DNA of 64,000 nt from an uncultured Verrucomicrobiae bacterium. GTDB lineage: Bacteria > Verrucomicrobiota > Verrucomicrobiia > Limisphaerales > Palsa-1400. The stretch covers positions 1,824,001-1,888,000 of the forward strand of contig OY969763.1 of NCBI GenBank assembly GCA_963702845.1, written 5' to 3'. Below the pieces are notes generated by a model. That model had not been told where the DNA came from. It ran no database searches and saw nothing but the letters and a program-made list of their open reading frames with translations. Positions 61,633-64,000 of the stretch are shown one piece after another; the stretch's first letter is position 1, and each line of letters begins with the position of its first letter. The translations under genes were made by a program, and so were the position numbers.

Positions 61633-62619
61633 TCATGACTTAAGTAGTAGGTCTGTCAGAATATCACGAGCCTCAATTATTGCACTTTTTTCAATATATT
61701 CATCCTGTGTATGTGCCTGCGCTATTGAGCCGGGCCCAAATAGCATCACTTTTTCGAACCTCTCAAAGTAGTGAGCCGCGTCTGATGAGAAATGAACAAC
61801 AACGGAGGTTGAAGAATGTTGCTCAGGCACAAATAATTCCACGGGCTCAATAGGTTTACTTCGAACCGTTAGGCACGATTCTCTAACCTTTTCCGAGATG
61901 ACACGGAAAACTTCGGTGGAATTTCCTTCAAATCGAGTGCAAAGTTGGGCCGATGCTAGGCTTGCTGTCATATTCGGGGCGGTACCGCCTTCAAGTCGTC
62001 CAACGTTCACTTGATAGGAATCTTGTAAATTTGGCTGTAAGCGACTCAAGTCACTGAGAAGTCGATGAATTGCTGAGTCCGCGGTATCGGAGGAACTATG
62101 GTGTTCGATACCTTGAGCTGTCAGCGTGCATTCCATGACGCCACGTGAACGACGAGCGAAGCGATTCTCCGTTGGCTCCCCATTGATAAGGAACTTGGAT
62201 CCGAGTTTCGAGTGACTGACAGCAAACTGGGCACCTATCCCGTCCACCTCCTCGCCTACAACAAAAAAGCACGCGTAATCACGCAACCCTTTGGTGATCG
62301 CTTGCTCCAATGCCCAAAGCTGTGTAACAATTTGTCCCTTCGCATCGCAAGCGCCCCTACCCGAAATTCTAGTCGCATTTTCGCTGACGTCTATTCTTCC
62401 AGGAACCGTATCGAAGTGTGTTGTAAGGGTATATTTGGGTGATCCTTTAACGAGAATGATGTTGTTGCGCCCCTTGGAAACTTCTTGGAACGCGAGATAG
62501 TCATGATCAAGATACGCATTTATGAATTGGTAGAGAAGTTCTCCAGCACTCGCCTCATCGGGGGAAACAGATTCGCATCTGACAAGGTCCACCAATAATT
62601 TAAAATAATCGAGACACAT
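61633..62619 (-). CDS. M20 metallopeptidase/deacylase (ArgE/DapE-like)
   Basis: THFDTVP, GRGACDAKG, VGEE, GEPT, FGPGSIAQAHTQDE. Confidence 0.92.
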   Translation of the reverse strand: MCLDYFKLLVDLVRCESVSPDEASAGELLYQFINAYLDHDYLAFQEVSKGRNNIILVKGSPKYTLTTHFDTVPGRIDVSENATRISGRGACDAKGQIVTQLWALEQAITKGLRDYACFFVVGEEVDGIGAQFAVSHSKLGSKFLINGEPTENRFARRSRGVMECTLTAQGIEHHSSSDTADSAIHRLLSDLSRLQPNLQDSYQVNVGRLEGGTAPNMTASLASAQLCTRFEGNSTEVFRVISEKVRESCLTVRSKPIEPVELFVPEQHSSTSVVVHFSSDAAHYFERFEKVMLFGPGSIAQAHTQDEYIEKSAIIEARDILTDLLLKS

Positions 62620-62716
62620 AACATTTCACATACGAGTTACAGAACCATTGATTCAAATACTCTCAGCGATAGATATCATCCGGACAGTGTAACGAATGCC
62701 CCAATTCCAATCGCTC

Positions 62717-64000
62717 TTATGAAAGCTTCGTGATAAAGAACCCATTCAGAACCATATTCTTAACCGGTGAGTTCATAAAAGTTGTGAGAGCTTGCGCTGG
62801 TGTCTCCACAATAGGCTCATCCTTGCCGTTGAATGATGTGTTTAGAATAATAGAGGTTCCGGTTAATTCACCAACTCGCCCAACCAACGCGTAAACCTGA
62901 GGGTTTTGATAGCGGTTTACTGTCTGGACTCGTGCTGTATCGTCAACATGCACAATACCGGGAGCAACAGCTTTTGTGTGAACTAGGGTCTTCGGAGCAA
63001 AAAGCATAAACGGAGAAGATGCAGGTGAACCAAAAAACTTCGACGACTGTTCTTCCATGACAATTGGTGCCAACGGTCTGAACATCTCGCGAAATTTGAC
63101 ATGCTCATTTATGTAGTCTTTAGTGGTCGCCCGCCCTGGATTCGCCAAAATGCTGCGGTAGCCCAATGCACGTGGACCGATCTCAGCTCCCATTTGGAAC
63201 CACATTACAATATCGTGGCGCGCCAGAATCTGAGCGGTCCGTTCGATGAGCGCATCCTCGTTACATTCCTGAATCTCAAGCTTATGCTTATATCCTGCTA
63301 AAGCGCTCCATGTCTCCGAACGGGAGTATGTGCGTCCAAAATTTGTGCGATCTAGTCGACCGCTCCGTGGTAGTCCAAGAATTGTATGAGCTACGAAATA
63401 AGCAGCACCGAAAGAAATGCCGTTATCTCCTGGCGCAGGAAAAACAAAAATATCTTTGAAAGGCGAGTTTTCAAGGAGAAAACTATTCGCTACGCAATTC
63501 AACCCGACTCCGCCAGCAATACATAAACTGTCTGTCTTTGTTAAGCGATGCAGCAATTTCACGTAAAACAGAAGGACCTCATTCAGAATCAATTGGAAAG
63601 TAGCCGCAATATCCGCTCGCACTTCGAATTCCTGCCGATTTGGAACCTCTCGATTTAAGTCTTCCCACAGCCCCCCGTTGTTAATTTGCACTTCATCATC
63701 GAGGTAGCGAACATGTTTCATCACGAGGTTACGATACTTCGGCAGGCCATACGAACTCAGTCCCATAGTTTTTCCTTCGTCAAATAATCCAAAACCAGAA
63801 AGAAGAGTTCCAATTCTATAGAACACTCCAAGAGAGTTTTCCATGTCGTAGTAGTTTGAAACCTTGCCGCTCACCGTGCGGTGAACCTTCACCTGATTAT
63901 TTAGGCCGGAGCCAAGAAGGACAGTCTCATACGTACTCTCCGCAACGAGATCGCCGTAACCATCGGCAACCAATATTGCAGCGTTTTCAAACCCTGAAGA
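62717..64000 (-). CDS. Carbamoyltransferase (NodU/CmcH family), 5' end outside the window
   Basis: DEGKTMGLSSYG, AGGVGLNC, PGDNG, GPRALGYRS, KFREMFRP, HVDDTARVQ, LNTSFN; frame open to 64000. Confidence 0.93.
   Translation of the reverse strand, partial: SSGFENAAILVADGYGDLVAESTYETVLLGSGLNNQVKVHRTVSGKVSNYYDMENSLGVFYRIGTLLSGFGLFDEGKTMGLSSYGLPKYRNLVMKHVRYLDDEVQINNGGLWEDLNREVPNRQEFEVRADIAATFQLILNEVLLFYVKLLHRLTKTDSLCIAGGVGLNCVANSFLLENSPFKDIFVFPAPGDNGISFGAAYFVAHTILGLPRSGRLDRTNFGRTYSRSETWSALAGYKHKLEIQECNEDALIERTAQILARHDIVMWFQMGAEIGPRALGYRSILANPGRATTKDYINEHVKFREMFRPLAPIVMEEQSSKFFGSPASSPFMLFAPKTLVHTKAVAPGIVHVDDTARVQTVNRYQNPQVYALVGRVGELTGTSIILNTSFNGKDEPIVETPAQALTTFMNSPVKNMVLNGFFITKLS

Overview
64-kb bacterial window, most likely Verrucomicrobiota (Pedosphaera/Limisphaera-like; inferred from the prepilin-type '[13 protein letters not shown]' genes, DUF1080 and sulfatase genes, secreted proteins ending in F[FY]RL, and lineage-typical palindromic repeats). 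The backbone is housekeeping: nnrE-like, rnhB, yraN, ftsH, ileS, xseA, tkt, sulP, tRNA-Glu, clpB, ribH, ribBA, alaS. Several conserved genes, including essential alaS, carry single-base frameshifts, which points to assembly indel errors. Accessory parts: (i) an integrase-less integron cassette array (2 attC sites plus an attI-like region, ~1.8-2.9 kb) whose SMI1/KNR4 gene holds a 23-bp x4 repeat that stays in frame only at 1, 4, 7... copies; (ii) a HEAT-repeat / REC-DUF4388-roadblock-like / small roadblock-like module; (iii) a ~1.4-kb islet at tRNA-Glu bounded by a 17-bp direct repeat; (iv) a ~120-aa in-frame insert in AlaRS; (v) from ~54.2 kb to the end, an integrative element: a large serine recombinase whose C-terminus is encoded by a REP-like palindrome, an HTH, a VirD4/HerA-like ATPase fused to a PD-(D/E)XK-like domain, two membrane proteins, a decayed HD dNTPase-like gene and an AT-richer carbamoyltransferase/M20/GNAT cargo. 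All family calls come from motif recognition by eye; no searches were run.
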